64,000 nucleotides of DNA, from the NCBI RefSeq assembly GCF_026930045.1, contig NC_072740.1, positions 29,428,384 to 29,492,383 of the forward strand, written 5' to 3'. The DNA is from Uloborus diversus (lineage: Eukaryota). The notes under the pieces are model-generated. The model saw nothing but the letters and a program-made list of their open reading frames with translations. It did not search any database and had not been told where the DNA came from. Positions 39,011-51,910 of the stretch are shown one piece after another. The position numbers and the translations under genes are program-made. The first letter of the stretch is position 1. Each line of letters begins with the position of its first letter.

Positions 39011-41360
39011 ATAATGCTGCAAAAATCCTTGATTATCTTCTGCAGACAGTTAAAAAAAAAATGTGAAAATATAATCAGAGGGAAATTTTTAAATTCTGCC
39101 ATTACTGAAAAAGCCTCAAAGCAAAAACAAGAATTTTATTTGTTCTCACTCAAGCAAAAAGTGGCAAGATATGTTTATTCAGGTATTTTTTCTCAATAGT
39201 TTCTTCATGCTAATTTTAGCACAGTTCCTGCTGATGATAAATTTTCAATTTAAAATTGAGTTTTACTTAAAAATGATCGTATTTTTTTCTGGTTAATTTA
39301 GGTGCTTGGAGTTTTCAAATCCATAGAAAATTTTTTTCTAAAGGCATATTTTTCATGGGCTATCCAATGGAACTAAAATTGAGATGATACGATATTTATT
39401 TCAGGTAAAAACAACCATTTTATGCCAAAAAAAGCTAAAATTAAAAATTGAAAGATTCAGTGGGTTTTTATTGATGAAAGATATTCTCAGTGAGGGCTGA
39501 AGAGAGGCCATGTCAGCCTAGCCAAAACTAAGGACCCAGCCCTTTTGAGGATCTGGCTAGGAATTGAAGTAGAATAAATTATATAAGTTTTATGACAGGA
39601 GGGTGACCTAGCAACCAAACTGATGAGAGACTTACCTTGGTTCTCAACTGCCTTGCCCTCTGTTCTATTCTGCTCTCCTGGTAATGTTTATGCAAAATTT
39701 CATGATGATCAGTTGAGTAGTTAGGGTGTAAAACGTTTCAAACACACAAACTCACTTTCACATTTATAATATCAGTAAGGACTCTGTGTACAATTCAACT
39801 CAGTAAAAATAAATTTTCTTGGAACACATTTTTTTTTTCTTATGCTTTTTTTTTCATTTTTATTTTTCATATTACCTATTCTTAAAAATATTAGCAATTT
39901 CCCAACTATGTTCAATTCTTTAAGTTTATATTACTCTGTTGGAGCATTAAATGGTGTTATAAAATTATTCTTATTAGTTTAAGTTGATTTTAAATGTTTT
40001 GTGTTTTAAAGGTATGTAACAGATACTTCCTCTTTATTACTTGGTATTTTTAATGATTCATTTACACAACCATTGTTGTTATAATTATTGACTTTGCTTA
40101 GCCAGTTCCAAAACTTTAGATATAGATTACTACTTACAGGTTATGTATTCACTTTTCTTATGAAAGTATTTGTGTTTAAAATGCATACAAGAAGTTCAAT
40201 GTTTGTGGATCGATGAATCAATATTATGGATGTTTTAATTTTGAACATCAATGTTTTTGACATATGGATATTTTTATCGATGTCGAGCCACTAGTGTCTT
40301 GAGCAATAGCTAGTCAGAAGACACGTGATCCAATTTTTTAAATTTATTGAAATTGAAGACGTTTATGAGCTTAACATCTACACAAATTTCACAATCTGGG
40401 ATCATTGTTTTAAGGTTTTCAAATCTGAAAATCAATTGCAACGTTTAATGAAAACTGCTGCTACTTTCAATGGCATGAACTGTTTCAAGAGGGTTTTTGA
40501 TCTTCATTGAAGATCAGTAAATTGACTGGTGCCCTCCTAGCTGTGATTAAAGCTTTTTCTTTGGTTCTCTTTTTTTTTTTTTTGTTTGCAATTTATTTAG
40601 AATTTTAATTTTTAATGAGGCTGTTTCTTCCTAAAATTTAAGTTAATGTATGCCTGGTTAGCAAATTAGTACCATTTGAACTTAATTAAACTGTTTCTCC
40701 TTTAAATAAAGCAACCTCGTTTTGACTCTTAAAATATTTCCCTTAAACATTCAAGTATTAAAGAGATTTTTTAAAAAAATAAATATGACCTTGCTAACAT
40801 TAGTTGGTGATTTAAATTTTTGTCTAAATTTAGGGGTATTGAATAGACAGTATTTTGGCAAAGAGCAAATTGTTTACTAGTCTTTTATGAAACTTGGAAT
40901 TTATGATTGCATATAAATGAAAATTACTGAATTTGAGGAAGTTAATGTTTTGCTTTCAGCTGTTTTGAATAATTAATTTAACCAGGTAGGTACAATGTTT
41001 AGCCTAGATGTATTTTCAAATCAAAAGTCAAGTATTATACTTCATAACCAGGAATTTCTCTTGAACGTTCACAATGTAAGTTGCTAAATATAGGTGCAGT
41101 GTCAAAGACCAACAATTGGGAGGGTTTGTTTTTCTGACTGCTTTTGAGGAAAGATTATTTTTGGTGCAAATACTGAGTCCTATCACTCTTAAAATATTAA
41201 TGAAGATTATTTAAAATGTATATGATGTCTGTTGTCCATGTTACATTATTTCCATGTTAAAGTATGAAAAAAATAATGAATATAAAAAAATAGTTGTTGT
41301 TAAATTATTTTCCTTGCATAACTTTATTTCTTTTTAAAACACCTAATTTTTTTCATTTAG

Positions 41361-41396
41361 CTTTCATTCAAATTGGTTTACCTGCTCCGCCTGGAG
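41361..41396 (+). CDS. TEP1-like gene, micro-exon E (..FIQIGLPAPPG..)
   Basis: It has acceptor tttcatttag| and donor ggag|gtaaat. It is phase-compatible with exons D and F. Confidence 0.35.
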
Positions 41397-41443
41397 GTAA
41401 ATATCTTACAAAACTTGATAACATTAATTCAATGCTACATATA

Positions 41444-42019
41444 CAGGGTGTCTCAAAAGGTCATTGCCAAGTTGAACATACACGGGTCTGTCATAACTTG
41501 ACAAACAAGATTTACATAGTAACTTGTGTCCGAAAATCTGAGCAGCGATAGCTAGAGGGCAGGCTGATGGGAGAGTAGGAAGCGTGATCATTTCAGATGA
41601 TGACCTTGCAGGAGAATGATGAATCGGATTTTTAATGAAGAATTGTCTGATATGATTTGGCCAAAATGACATCAGACACAGATCTCATCGCCAGGATGGT
41701 AGAAGCAGCAGCATGTATCCGTGACGCACCTGCGCATTTTGAATGGCTCCGTGAATCCATGCACCGACGTTGTGAAGCTTGCATTGTTGCAAATAGAAGG
41801 AATTTTGAACATTTTCCGTAATTTAGTTATAATCTTTAATGAGAAAACATATTGAAACCTCTTTCGGCATCATTTCTTTCTCTCCCTCTATGCCTACAAA
41901 CATTTCCCTCTAGCAGTCATTGTTCACATTTTCGGACACAAGTTCCTATGTTAATCGTTTTTGTCAAGGTATGACAGACTAGCATATTCAGATTGGCAAC
42001 AACCTTTTGAGACACCCTG
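41444..42019. mobile_element. 576 bp MITE of the CAGGGTG long-TIR family (TIR CAGGGTGTCTCAAAAGGTCATTGCCAA)
   Basis: A 27 bp terminal match is followed by a second subterminal inverted block (GTCTGTCATAACTTGAC...CTTGTGTCCGAAAAT). There is no ORF. It inserted 48 bp downstream of exon E. Confidence 0.65.
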
Positions 42020-42500
42020 AAAAATCAATGAAAATTTAAATATAAGAGTGGTTTTTGATTGATTTACATTTTGCATCCGTTGCTGAAACTCAAAAAATGC
42101 TCTTGTTTTCAAAATTTTAAGTATTTTGATTGTAAAATTTATGCATAGAGAAGAGATATTAAAAGAAAGTTATACTTCTTAAAGTACTTCTACTACTACA
42201 TTATTATGTCAATAGCTCCCGTATGAAGCAACATGATTCTTTACTGATTCTATTTGTATATTTAAAAACAAATAAATAAAAATTTTAATTTTGATGACTT
42301 TGTTAATATTTTGAGCAGAGCAAAGAATAATCTAGTATTCTAATATTAAGAATTTGATGCTGTAATGAAGAGCTACTTATCTACTAAATATGGAATTCAG
42401 ACATTAAATAAGGATTATTTTACCCACTTTAACTTAAGCAATATCTTAATGCTGTAAGAGTTATTGCATATAGTGTCTCTATATAGTGTATACTAGTGTG

Positions 42501-42502
<2 letters not shown>

Positions 42503-42568
<66 letters not shown>
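42503..42568. repeat. (AT)33 microsatellite
   Basis: A perfect dinucleotide run. Confidence 0.95.
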
Positions 42569-42571
<3 letters not shown>

Positions 42572-43429
42572 CATTAGTACATTTCTTAGAAGTCCTAAAA
42601 AGTCTTTTTTTTTTTTATTCCAGATGTTTATTTTTTTCTGTTATTTTTATTTAAGTTTCATAATTTTCTGATACCATATTTTCCAGCAGAAGAAGTTGCT
42701 CTATCACGAAGCAATGCCAGGCCATCCTGATAGCCCCACCATATTTTATTTTTTCCTATCTCTTTATCAGGGGTGCCATTTCTCCCTATTATTTAGTCTT
42801 CCACATTTCTTAATAAATTATCCCTTCCTCAGCGCTTTTAGACTTTCCAGTTGTGGAATTAATGCAGAAATAAAGTACTAATGCTTTGGAAAGAAATTTT
42901 GAATGAATTAACCTAACAATACTAATAATTTTAGTATTCAATTATCCATAAGCTGAAGCTTTGGCCCACATATTTGGCAACATTTTTGGAACCTGCTCCA
43001 TACAATTGTACAACAGTTTCATAAATTTGAATTGTTGTTTTTCTCCCCTAACAATATTTTATCTGACTAGCTTGTTATTTTAGTTTTCTAATTGGAAAAT
43101 TATACTATTAATAAAGCTAAATGTTATAAAACAAATAAAATTACTTTTTGGCTACTTTATTTGTGCTTAAATATGCTGAACATGTAATCCACGAAAAAGG
43201 TAAATGATTTTGAAGAATATTCAGAGAAGCTAACTTTCTCTGAAAGACAAAAATACTTTTTCTCCCAGTTTACATTCGCGGCCATGTTTTTGATATATAT
43301 ATATATACACAAGGGTAAATGGGAAAGTAACCGCCGTTTGGGTCTGGTGCTGGAAGTACGTTTCAGAGCACCCTCAATCAAATGCACAAGCAATGTGCAA
43401 TCCAATAAGCTTCCAGTGAGCAAGTGAGA

Positions 43430-43870
43430 GTGTTGTAGGGCCGAGAGTTCACTAGTTATAACACGATATAATGTGTGTCACCATAGAAAATCCTGCAAAC
43501 TGTGAGGTGCAGGTAGTTTTGGACCAAAAAACTGTCAGCAGCAGCAGATATCCATTGTGAATTGTGTGCTGCTCACTTGCTCGATAACATGCTCCTTCAT
43601 ACCGCTGTAAGAACAGGAGTTGATTTTTGGTAATTCAAATAGGATAAGTTTCAACACTCTCCCTACAACACGGACTTGACTCCTTCTGATTGTCATCTGT
43701 TCACTGCAATGAAGAAGTGACTTGGAGGACAACATTTTGCTGATAACAAGGAACTTAAAAATGCTGTGACACGTTTGTTAAAATTGCAGGCAGCCACTTT
43801 TTATGCAGAAGGAACTAGTAAAACGGTATGACAAGTGCTTGAATAATGAGGGTGACTATGTTGAAAAATA
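43430..43870 (+). mobile_element. Internally deleted mariner-like element (transposase C-terminal part only)
   Basis: The translation ..LLHTAVRT.. FQHSPYNTDLTPSDCHLFTAMKK*LGGQHFADNKELKNAVTRLLKLQAATFYAEGTSKTV.. matches the mariner blocks HDNARPH, PYSPDLAPSDYHLF and ..FY..GI.KL. An in-frame stop is present and the N-terminal part is missing. The bounds are approximate. Confidence 0.55.
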
Positions 43871-44839
43871 GAAGAGAATAGTGCCTTTGATGTGTAAAAA
43901 TTTTTTCCCACTGTGCTGGTTTGTTTTTTACATCAATTCATAGTTCACTTTGTGTATTGCCCTCGTACCGTAAACTGGGGTTACTTTAGACTGACGGGGT
44001 AACTTTATAAAAACCTGTTTTTTATTTTTGAACCATTCTGGTGGGCTTAATTTTACAATTGGCGACCCCCTGGTGGTCTCAGGGTTTCAAGAATCACTTT
44101 TCAAAGTGTGCTGACATCGCCAATTGATTAAAACAGTAAAATAGTTTTGGCAACACTGATTTATGTGGGGATGGGGTAACTTTATTACAAATCACTGAAA
44201 CAGTCGTTTTAGATCGAGAAAACACGTTGTTACAAAGTAACCCCGGATGATGGGGTAACATTAATAAAAAAAAATGACCCCCTCCCCCCCTATTCAAAGC
44301 TATCGTTTGGTTCAAGAACTGTTGAAATATCTTGAAAAATGAGGGTGCTACAATACAAAATATGCGAAACCTGTATCAAAGTAACCCCGGTTTACGATAT
44401 ATATTTATATATATTTATATGATTTTAGTAGTTTGGACTTTTAACTCTCTGACGGTCTTGGGCCATGAGTAAGAATCGTGAAATTTTTTTTTGGAGTAAC
44501 CTGCCATGTAAGTAAAGTGCACTACCTTCTATCAATGCTTAGCCTCAGACTGTTTGGCAACAAGCATTTAGCATCAGAAAAATAAGTAAAATGCTTTCGA
44601 AATGTGCTCGCTATGGCGTGATAAGAAGTTCAAAAATATCGGAGAGTTCAAACGTGCAGTGTTCTAGCTTTGTGCACAAAAAGATTGCAAAACTATTCTA
44701 GTTGCAAACAATTTCCTGATTTTTCACTTTGTGAGGTTGGTAACTCTGCTTATTTATATTTTAAATGTTTTGTACAATATTTCAAGTGAATATGAGGTAA
44801 AGTGGATGTAGCAAAGTGAAATAGTTTATTTCCCTAATT

Positions 44840-45070
44840 TATTCAATGATTTATTAAATGACACACATATTCATTTTTTAATTAATTCATTTGCATTCGT
44901 TCATTTAGTGACTCATTAGTTTATTCATTCATTTATTTTCTTGTTCAATTACTATTTTATTTGCTCATTTATCTGACTCATATATTAGTTAATTAATTTA
45001 TTTGCTGATTATTTCATTCTCTAATCATTTATTCATTCATTCATTTATTTACTCATTCATTTGATCACAA
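44840..45070. repeat. (TTCATTCATTTAT)n-like simple repeat
   Basis: tcattcattt / ttcatttatt motifs are reiterated across about 230 bp. Confidence 0.7.
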
Positions 45071-45706
45071 ATATTTTTGATAATCAAATAGGAAATATTT
45101 CACTTGAAAAATATTTTTTTTTTTAAATTTTGCTCCATGAAAAAAAAAAAAAAAAGTGAAAATTTTCCCCTTTTTTTAAGGTACAAATTTATTGCCAAAA
45201 ATAAAAATTATGTTTTAATGCAAGTTTCATAAAAAAAAAAAAAAAAAAAAATACATTGCTCTTGCTTTGTGTACTGTAATTTTAAAAACAAGTTTCCATT
45301 TAGTTCATCTTGGAAAAGGTGCTCTTTTTTCATTTGTTGTTCAAAATAAATGATTTGAGTATTCTAGCTGAAAGTGTTGTTGAAAGTTTATAATGTTCTT
45401 TACAAGAAAAATTTTCGACACTGTAGCATAAATTTTCTCTAGTACTAAATGTGTGATGTGTGAAAGTGCAATGTTTAATGTTAGCTCAACAGTTGAAGTA
45501 ATCCAGATGCACTGTTTATCAATTGCCTTGATTTATTCATAGGGATATATGCTCTGAAAAAACATTTGACATCCCCATCAAAATGTTTTTAAATGTTAAG
45601 TGAATTCAGGTTAAGAAAATATCTACTCCTCAATTAATTTTTATTTGCATTGTTGATGATAGTTTATATGCATCAGTGTATTTAATTTGCATTATTTTTA
45701 AAAAAG

Positions 45707-45867
45707 GTATACCACAAATGCAAGTTCAGGAAATTAATGAAATGCCATCATATAACTTCAAGCTAGATACTGTATCAGAAGTAAAGCAATCAAGTTTATT
45801 CTTATCACTTGATGAACAGCCTGATGCACTACAGTTAAAGAATGCTCAAAAAAACAAACTAAAAAAG
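45707..45867 (+). CDS. TEP1-like gene, exon F (GIPQMQVQEINEMPSYNFKLDTVSEVKQSSLFLSLDEQPDALQLKNAQKNKLKK)
   Basis: It has acceptor ttttaaaaaag| and donor aaaaag|gtattt. It is 161 nt, and after the 1 nt carried over from exon E it gives 54 codons with no stop. It leads into the TROVE-like exons. Confidence 0.5.
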
Positions 45868-46237
45868 GTATTTATGAATTTCAAATTAAACATTTTTGCT
45901 GTTTTTTTAATGCCATTATGTTGATACAGTAAGTGACTTTAACATTACTATGTCCAATACTGCTCTGCTAAGCAAAGGAATGTTATCTGCAGCTGAATTT
46001 AAAAAGTTTCATACCTTCATTTACTTGTTTCAGATGCCACTTAATTATTATTTGTTCCCAATATTTCCTATTTACATGCAATGGCACATTGTATTAAATT
46101 GCTGAGAAAGAACCAATTTGGGGACAGTAACTCAATTCTGTGAAGAATTGCAGATACAACTTTTGTGCTTAGCATGGCAGCATAGTTTTTCTCTCTAGTG
46201 TGAAAAAAAAAGGATTTTTTTTCTTCTTTTTTTGCAG

Positions 46238-46372
46238 ATTCAACTTTTGAATATTACAAGCTTGGCATTAATGTACTCTGCCAATCTTAAAAGTCCATGT
46301 GACGAATATAGGTTGTTGTTGAAAAAATGTGCTGATGATGTTCGACAATTAGATCCAGAGTTTATTTTGAAG
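46238..46372 (+). CDS. TROVE-domain exon G (IQLLNITSLALMYSANLKSPCDEYRLLLKKCADDVRQLDPEFILK)
   Basis: It has acceptor tttttgcag| and donor ttgaag|gtacc. It is 135 nt in phase 0. The ..DEYRLLL.KCA.D..QLDPEFILK motif matches my recollection of the segment just upstream of the TEP1 TROVE core. Confidence 0.6.
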
Positions 46373-46793
46373 GTACCATGAATCTTTGTTTTTCTAAAAC
46401 AATGTTTTACATTAATTTAAGATATTTTGCTAGTTCATAACTCTGAGCTCTTTATGTGGTTTTTCGTTTGTTGAGTCATTTTATGACAAAGAATCTCATT
46501 TCGCAAATGGTTCTAGCTTGATTGTTTCTAAATTCGTTGAAGTTTAAATGAAAATTTCAATGTTCCTTGATTGTTAAAGATTAATTTTAGCTGAATATCT
46601 CCCTTTGTTGCATTGCTTAAACCTATAATTGTCATAAAGATCATATAAAGAATTGATAAGAATCAAGTGCATATGTTGCCTTTATTGTTTCAATTCTAAA
46701 ATACTTTAATGATTCATACATGTAAAAAATGTTCAATATGTTTTTTGTAAATGTCTTGAAAGCAAAATAGAGCTAATAAAATTTACTTTACAG

Positions 46794-46955
46794 GTTGCAC
46801 TTTATGCACGTCAAGAACTTCATATTAGATCTGTTGCAAATTTCCTGCTTTCTTATGCAGCCTTCTATGAAAGTACTCGTATATTCTTGGAGAAGTATTT
46901 TAAAACTAGTATAGTTTTGCCATCAGATTGGATTGATGTTGGAGAGCATTACCAA
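46794..46955 (+). CDS. TROVE-domain exon H (VALYARQELHIRSVANFLLSYAAFYESTRIFLEKYFKTSIVLPSDWIDVGEHYQ)
   Basis: The acceptor is tttacag|. The 162 nt open frame carries the characteristic TROVE block LYARQ.L.IR..AN..L..AAF ... LPSDWI.V.E.YQ, as recalled from vertebrate TEP1. The donor is a weak gtacta. Confidence 0.6.
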
Positions 46956-47459
46956 GTACTATATTTTCTTACTTTATAGCATTTACACTGATGAACCAAA
47001 ACATTATGACCACACCCCTCACATTTTTTAATGAACTTCTTTGGATCAAATGAAGGACACATGATTAAGTGTGAATGGTATTTAACTGTTACTAGGAAAG
47101 GTAAGGGATTATTCTTGCGCTTACTTTTGCAAGTGATGGGAAAGACAGCTGAACTGAACGGATCTGATAGACAGATTTTATTGGCTTAAAGGCTCAAAAT
47201 GAGTATCTCCAAAACTGCATGACTGGTAGGTTATTCACAATCTTTGTTGTTAGTATTTATGAAAACTGGAAAATTGATGCTGAAACCAGCAGCAAGAGGC
47301 CCATGTGTCATTAAAGAAAAACGACATCAGACACTATTCCGCTTGGTTATCTAAATAGAGACCAGACAGTGGCTCAGTTGACAGTTGAGTACAATACAAG
47401 GCCAAGTACATGTGTTTCGACACACACAGTTCAGCAGAAACTGTTGGCAATATGGGCAG

Positions 47460-50266
47460 TAGGGTGGTCCTTATTTTTGAAGTTGCAGATATTTTACGCG
47501 ACGCCCCCTCAATTTGTTCCATTGTACAAATAAATGATCCTTGCAAAATTTAAAGTCAATCCATGAATATTAACACGTGCCCCTAGGGTCCCCTTTTTTG
47601 AGTTTCGAAGAAAAAATTGCGGATTTTCTCATTTTCATGTAAAAATATTCTAACGTTTTATATATAATAAAATATTCTAGAATAAATATTCTAACGTAAT
47701 TTTGAACCTCAATAGGTGCTGCTACTTCCAGATCGACCATTTTCTCACTTTCATTCAGTAAAATTTAACATGTTACAGAGAATAAAATGTACACCAATGG
47801 CCTTGGGTCAAGCATACCGCTCTTCTGCGCTTGTTCCAACCAAGCGGTAGGGGAACGTTTCTTCCCATCAAGATGGACTAAAGGGATTCTATAGTCTATT
47901 AATGAATGACCAAGGCCATGAACGATCATTGACAACAACAAATTGCCTCCTCCAGGCTTTGGGGGTGTGGATTTACAAAATTCCCTGTGTATAAATTAGG
48001 TGTGTCAAATAGAGTCGCAAGGTTTCAATGCTGTAAATATAAGTAATTGCAATTATATTTTATTTCGCTGTTCTTTAGTTATAAACATACCTAAATGCTT
48101 ATGCAATTTTTAATTTTTAAAATATAACTTTCGAAAAATCCTTGATTACTGCTAACATAAAAATATACTGTATTTTCCATAGCTAAAATATAAATTAAGA
48201 AATAATATCCAGATCGGAACAATGTAGAAATCTATACTTTAAATTAATTTTCTTCTATTTCAGTACATAGTCCTTTTTTATCATCAAATTCTTGCGATTC
48301 ACAAGATTTAGAAACTGAAATGGGTATCTATCCTAACCTGTTGAACTTTTGTTTTCTACAGCTGGTGTACCACAATGCAAAAAAGCTTGACAACTATTAA
48401 TATCTCCTTGCCTTTCATCACTGTTAGACAAATGCCATATTAGGGATAAAGATGTTGTTCATTTCTTTACAGCCTATGTAGATGCAGTAAATTTAAATCC
48501 AAATGACCTAGTGATCAATCGTACATTCCTTGAGAGAGCAAAAGAAATTCTTCGAGAGGTAAAATTAAATTTCCTGAATTTAAATTTAGATTCTGTAGTT
48601 ATTTACTGGAATACAAAGCTACATCCAGATGTAACTGGAAAAAGAACGTCGACAGGATTACCGTGATAGCTTCAGGTCCTAATATTGAACAGCTACTCGG
48701 AATTTTTTAGATATTTCTTCAGTTGTATATGATATCTTAGATGATAGTTCTTTATTGCTAACTGTTCTACTGTAGTGTTTGATACAACGACTTGCAATAC
48801 CAACCGTATAAATTGTGCATGCAATTTTTTAGAGCAAAAACTGAACTGTGATATATTACATTTGGATTGCCATCATCATGCACTTGAAATCGTACTGCAG
48901 AGTGTGTCCTTAAAGAAGTTCTTGCCGTTCTTAGTTCTAGATCAGATATTCAATTATTTAAGTGCTTCAAAATTTGTGGAAAGATCTCCATTATTCAGAA
49001 CTTAAAACATTTCAATCAAGTACACATACCACTTAAATTCTAAAAGACGAAGTGGATGACATATTATTGTTCGTAAAAAGCGGAATTGAGAAAGATTACA
49101 GAGAATTCTCATAACTTGTAATAATATTTCCTGGTGAATTTCCCCCTACAGGTATATGTTTTCGGCAACCTGGAGCTTATCCCTGAGCCACATGGGTGGC
49201 AAAAGGAATTTTTGTTTGAAAATTTTTATATTTAGGAAACAATTTAAATTGACCTTACATGAAAAGAAAGTCCCTTCAATGCTGTTTACAAAGCTCTTTT
49301 ACAATTAAATTCTGTATGAAGATATGTTTTTTTGTAGCAACCCAATCGAGGCTCCTTTGAATAATATAATATCCCTGAAAAACTAGCAGCGTACAAAATG
49401 ACGACAAACATGCAGCAGAAGCAGTGATTGGAAAATTCATAAATCACTTATGGTATTTAGGGGATAAACTAGTAGCTTTGTTCGTATTGGATGAAGGAAT
49501 TAACTTTGAAGATAGAAAAAGACTAGTTCAAAAAATGCTTGTGATAAGGAAGACGTGTCTGATGACTGTTTAACAAATTTCAGATAGCAGTAGATGATTT
49601 AGAATACTTTCTTAGTAAAGATCTTCCTCTTTATAGAATCAATTACGAGTCAATAAAATTGTTTAATAAGTTGCAAATACTAAAAGATTTTTTCCTATTT
49701 GATCCTGATTCACGGCAAAATGCTTAAGCTATTTAAAGGGAAGAGAGATTGTTAAAATACTGAAAATTGTGAATGATACAACTGAAAGAAGAGCACAATA
49801 TATTAATCAAAGAATTTCACAACCAATTTACCAAATATAAGTCACAAAGCAATTTATTTTACAGACCGTCCAAGACTATCAAAAAAAAAATACACACTAT
49901 CAAGATACATTGACAAAAGCGTACGATTAAGGAAAGTTTAAAAAGCATTATTTCATTCTTATTCAAAGTAAAATCTTTAGATGATATAAAGTAATTAAAA
50001 AGGTTAATTTTAGTGCTATCTCACTGTAAAAATATTTTGGAAACCTAGGAGAAACGATGTACTGGGTCTGAAGTAAAAACTCGGAAAATTTGTGGGAAAA
50101 TTATCAAAAGTGTTCAAGTTCAGCGGCCTAGGGGCACGTGTTATTATTGACCGATCGAGTTCAAATTTTGCACACGTTACTTTTTATTATAGTGTCACAA
50201 AACTAGGGGGCGTCACTTGTTGAATTCCGGAAAAAAAATTTTCCCATATAAATAAGGACCACCCTA
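47460..50266. mobile_element. 2.8 kb non-autonomous hAT element (TIR TAGGGTGGTCCTTATTT..., 8 bp TSD ATGGGCAG)
   Basis: A perfect 8 bp direct repeat ATGGGCAG is present at 47452-47459 and 50267-50274. About 150 bp of inverted similarity is visible at the ends: TAGGGTGGTCCTTATTT..GACGCCCCCT..AACACGTGCCCCTAGG in both arms. It splits the Tc1 transposase between ..NCWQYG and QPAVPP... The internal ORF 48775-49005 (..LDCHHHALEIVLQ..) may be a transposase remnant. Confidence 0.65.
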
Positions 50267-50558
50267 ATGGGCAGCCAGCTGTCCCACCCGTATATCTCTT
50301 TCGAACAAGCGTTATTGTTAACAATGCCTACAGTTGGCCCAGGAACATCAAGATTGGATCATATTTAAGTGGAAGAAAGTTGCTTGATCAGATTTATGGC
50401 AAATCGTTATTTATCATTTCACTGGTCATGTCCGGGTACGCCATCTTCTCTGCGAGCAGTTGATCCCTTCATCTACAACGTGTAATACACAGGGGTGGTG
50501 GGAACATTATGCTTTAGGCAACATTCTCATGAGTGGCTATGGGACCCTCAGTTGTGGT

Positions 50559-51910
50559 TAGGGATTGCAATACCGGATCAAAAATGCAATACTGGTATTT
50601 GATATTTTTTAAACGTGATACCGGAATACCGGTAGTAGAAATTTCCCCAAAAAACATTCAAAAACACCATATTCTGTTGCCATATATTATTATTTTGTGC
50701 CAAAAGTGCATTAGTTACTTATTGTGAACACAAATAAAATGAAGGCACAAATATCATAATAAAAAATCAATAATAGCGAGAAACATAATGCATCTATTTA
50801 GCACCCACTAAGCCTGGAACTCATTTTAATAAACAAATTTCCTGCAGTTGAAAATTCTTTCTGGATTCGCACAGGCCGGTGGTACTGTTAATAATGCTGG
50901 ATACAACTCCTTAGTTGCCTGGAAGTCCTTCATTTTCAAATTATTTGTTCTTTAAATTGTTGGTTTTGAAAAAATCATTTTTGTGAGTGAGTGTGTTTCT
51001 TTTGTGTTGTGAGTGGTTTTATTTTTTAATCATTATTATTGGTAGTTAATTGTATGTTCTTCGAGCGAAAATTCTTTTCCAGCATTAACATTATCTTCAA
51101 CAATTTTCCCTTGGTCAGAATAGAATTGTGTTTGCTTTTTATTATCTCTTTGGTTTGACATTTAGGATGTATTTGATCTTGTTAGTTTCTTTTTCTTCGT
51201 TTTTGTTTCTTTTTTGAAATTCTTTACAATTATGTAAGTATCTGAAAATATGTTCCAACTGATTATACCTTACTTCTTTGCAAATGTTCGAGGCATTATA
51301 AATATTATCTCGCTTGGAATCGCAAGACAGAACAGCACTCTAATACTGGTGACAACAAATTACTGTTTGTTATACTATCAAGAAAAAGTTTTTCCCGAAA
51401 TTCAGTACTGTAAAGACAAATATTTAAAAAAAATATCATAAAAAAATTGCTGCAATTGATGTTTGGAACAAATTTTTCATAGCACAAACACATTCGTAAT
51501 TGCACTTAAAATTTATTTTCACAAGAGGACAAGTCAAGGAAACTGAGAAAATAAAAATGTAGTTCACATAAACTCATGAAAGTGTGGTTTATCATACCAT
51601 CTAGTGATGAAAATATCATTTTGTAATCTTTCCGTTACTTTTATTCATTCATATTCTATAACTTTGTGCTTTTGAAAACAAATTTTTATTCAGAAGCTTC
51701 ATTTTGGTACTGTCTGCTCAAAAAAAAAAAGAAAATTATGTTTCAAATAACAGTAGGTATCCGATTATATATAGTTAAATTAAAAACATTTTTTTTTGCT
51801 AATACCCAAAAAACCGATATTCTACCCCAGCAAATATTGGTATTACGGAATTGCAAAATAGCTCCAAATACTGGTACTTGGTATATGGGTGTACCGGTAT
51901 TGCAATCACT
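50559..51910. mobile_element. 1.35 kb non-autonomous hAT element (TIR TAGGGATTGCAATACCGG, 8 bp TSD GTTGTGGT)
   Basis: The left end reads GTTGTGGT|TAGGGATTGCAATACCGG and the right end reads CCGGTATTGCAATCACTA|GTTGTGGT. Subterminal TACCGGTAT repeats are present. It interrupts the Tc1 ORF between ..SGYGTL and SCGRIGYESY... Confidence 0.65.

Noticed and set aside
47800-47860. Stem-loop GCGCTTGTTCCAACCAAGCGG, which looks slightly tRNA-like
   Set aside because: It is a single hairpin only, with no D or T arms and no acceptor stem. It lies inside a hAT element.
48473-48558. Exon-like segment (tttctttacag|CCTATGTAGATGCAGTAAATTTAAATCCAAATGACCTAGTGATC..CTTCGAGAG|gtaaaat, encoding YVDAVNLNPNDLVINRTFLERAKEILRE) between TEP1-like exons H and J
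   Set aside because: It lies inside the nested hAT element 47460-50266. Its phase needs 1 extra nt, which exon H does not supply. Exon H joins exon J directly in phase 0 and reproduces the TEP1 ..YQ / ..FDEYQL junction. It is probably fortuitous splice-like signals inside a TE, and at most a cryptic exonisation candidate.
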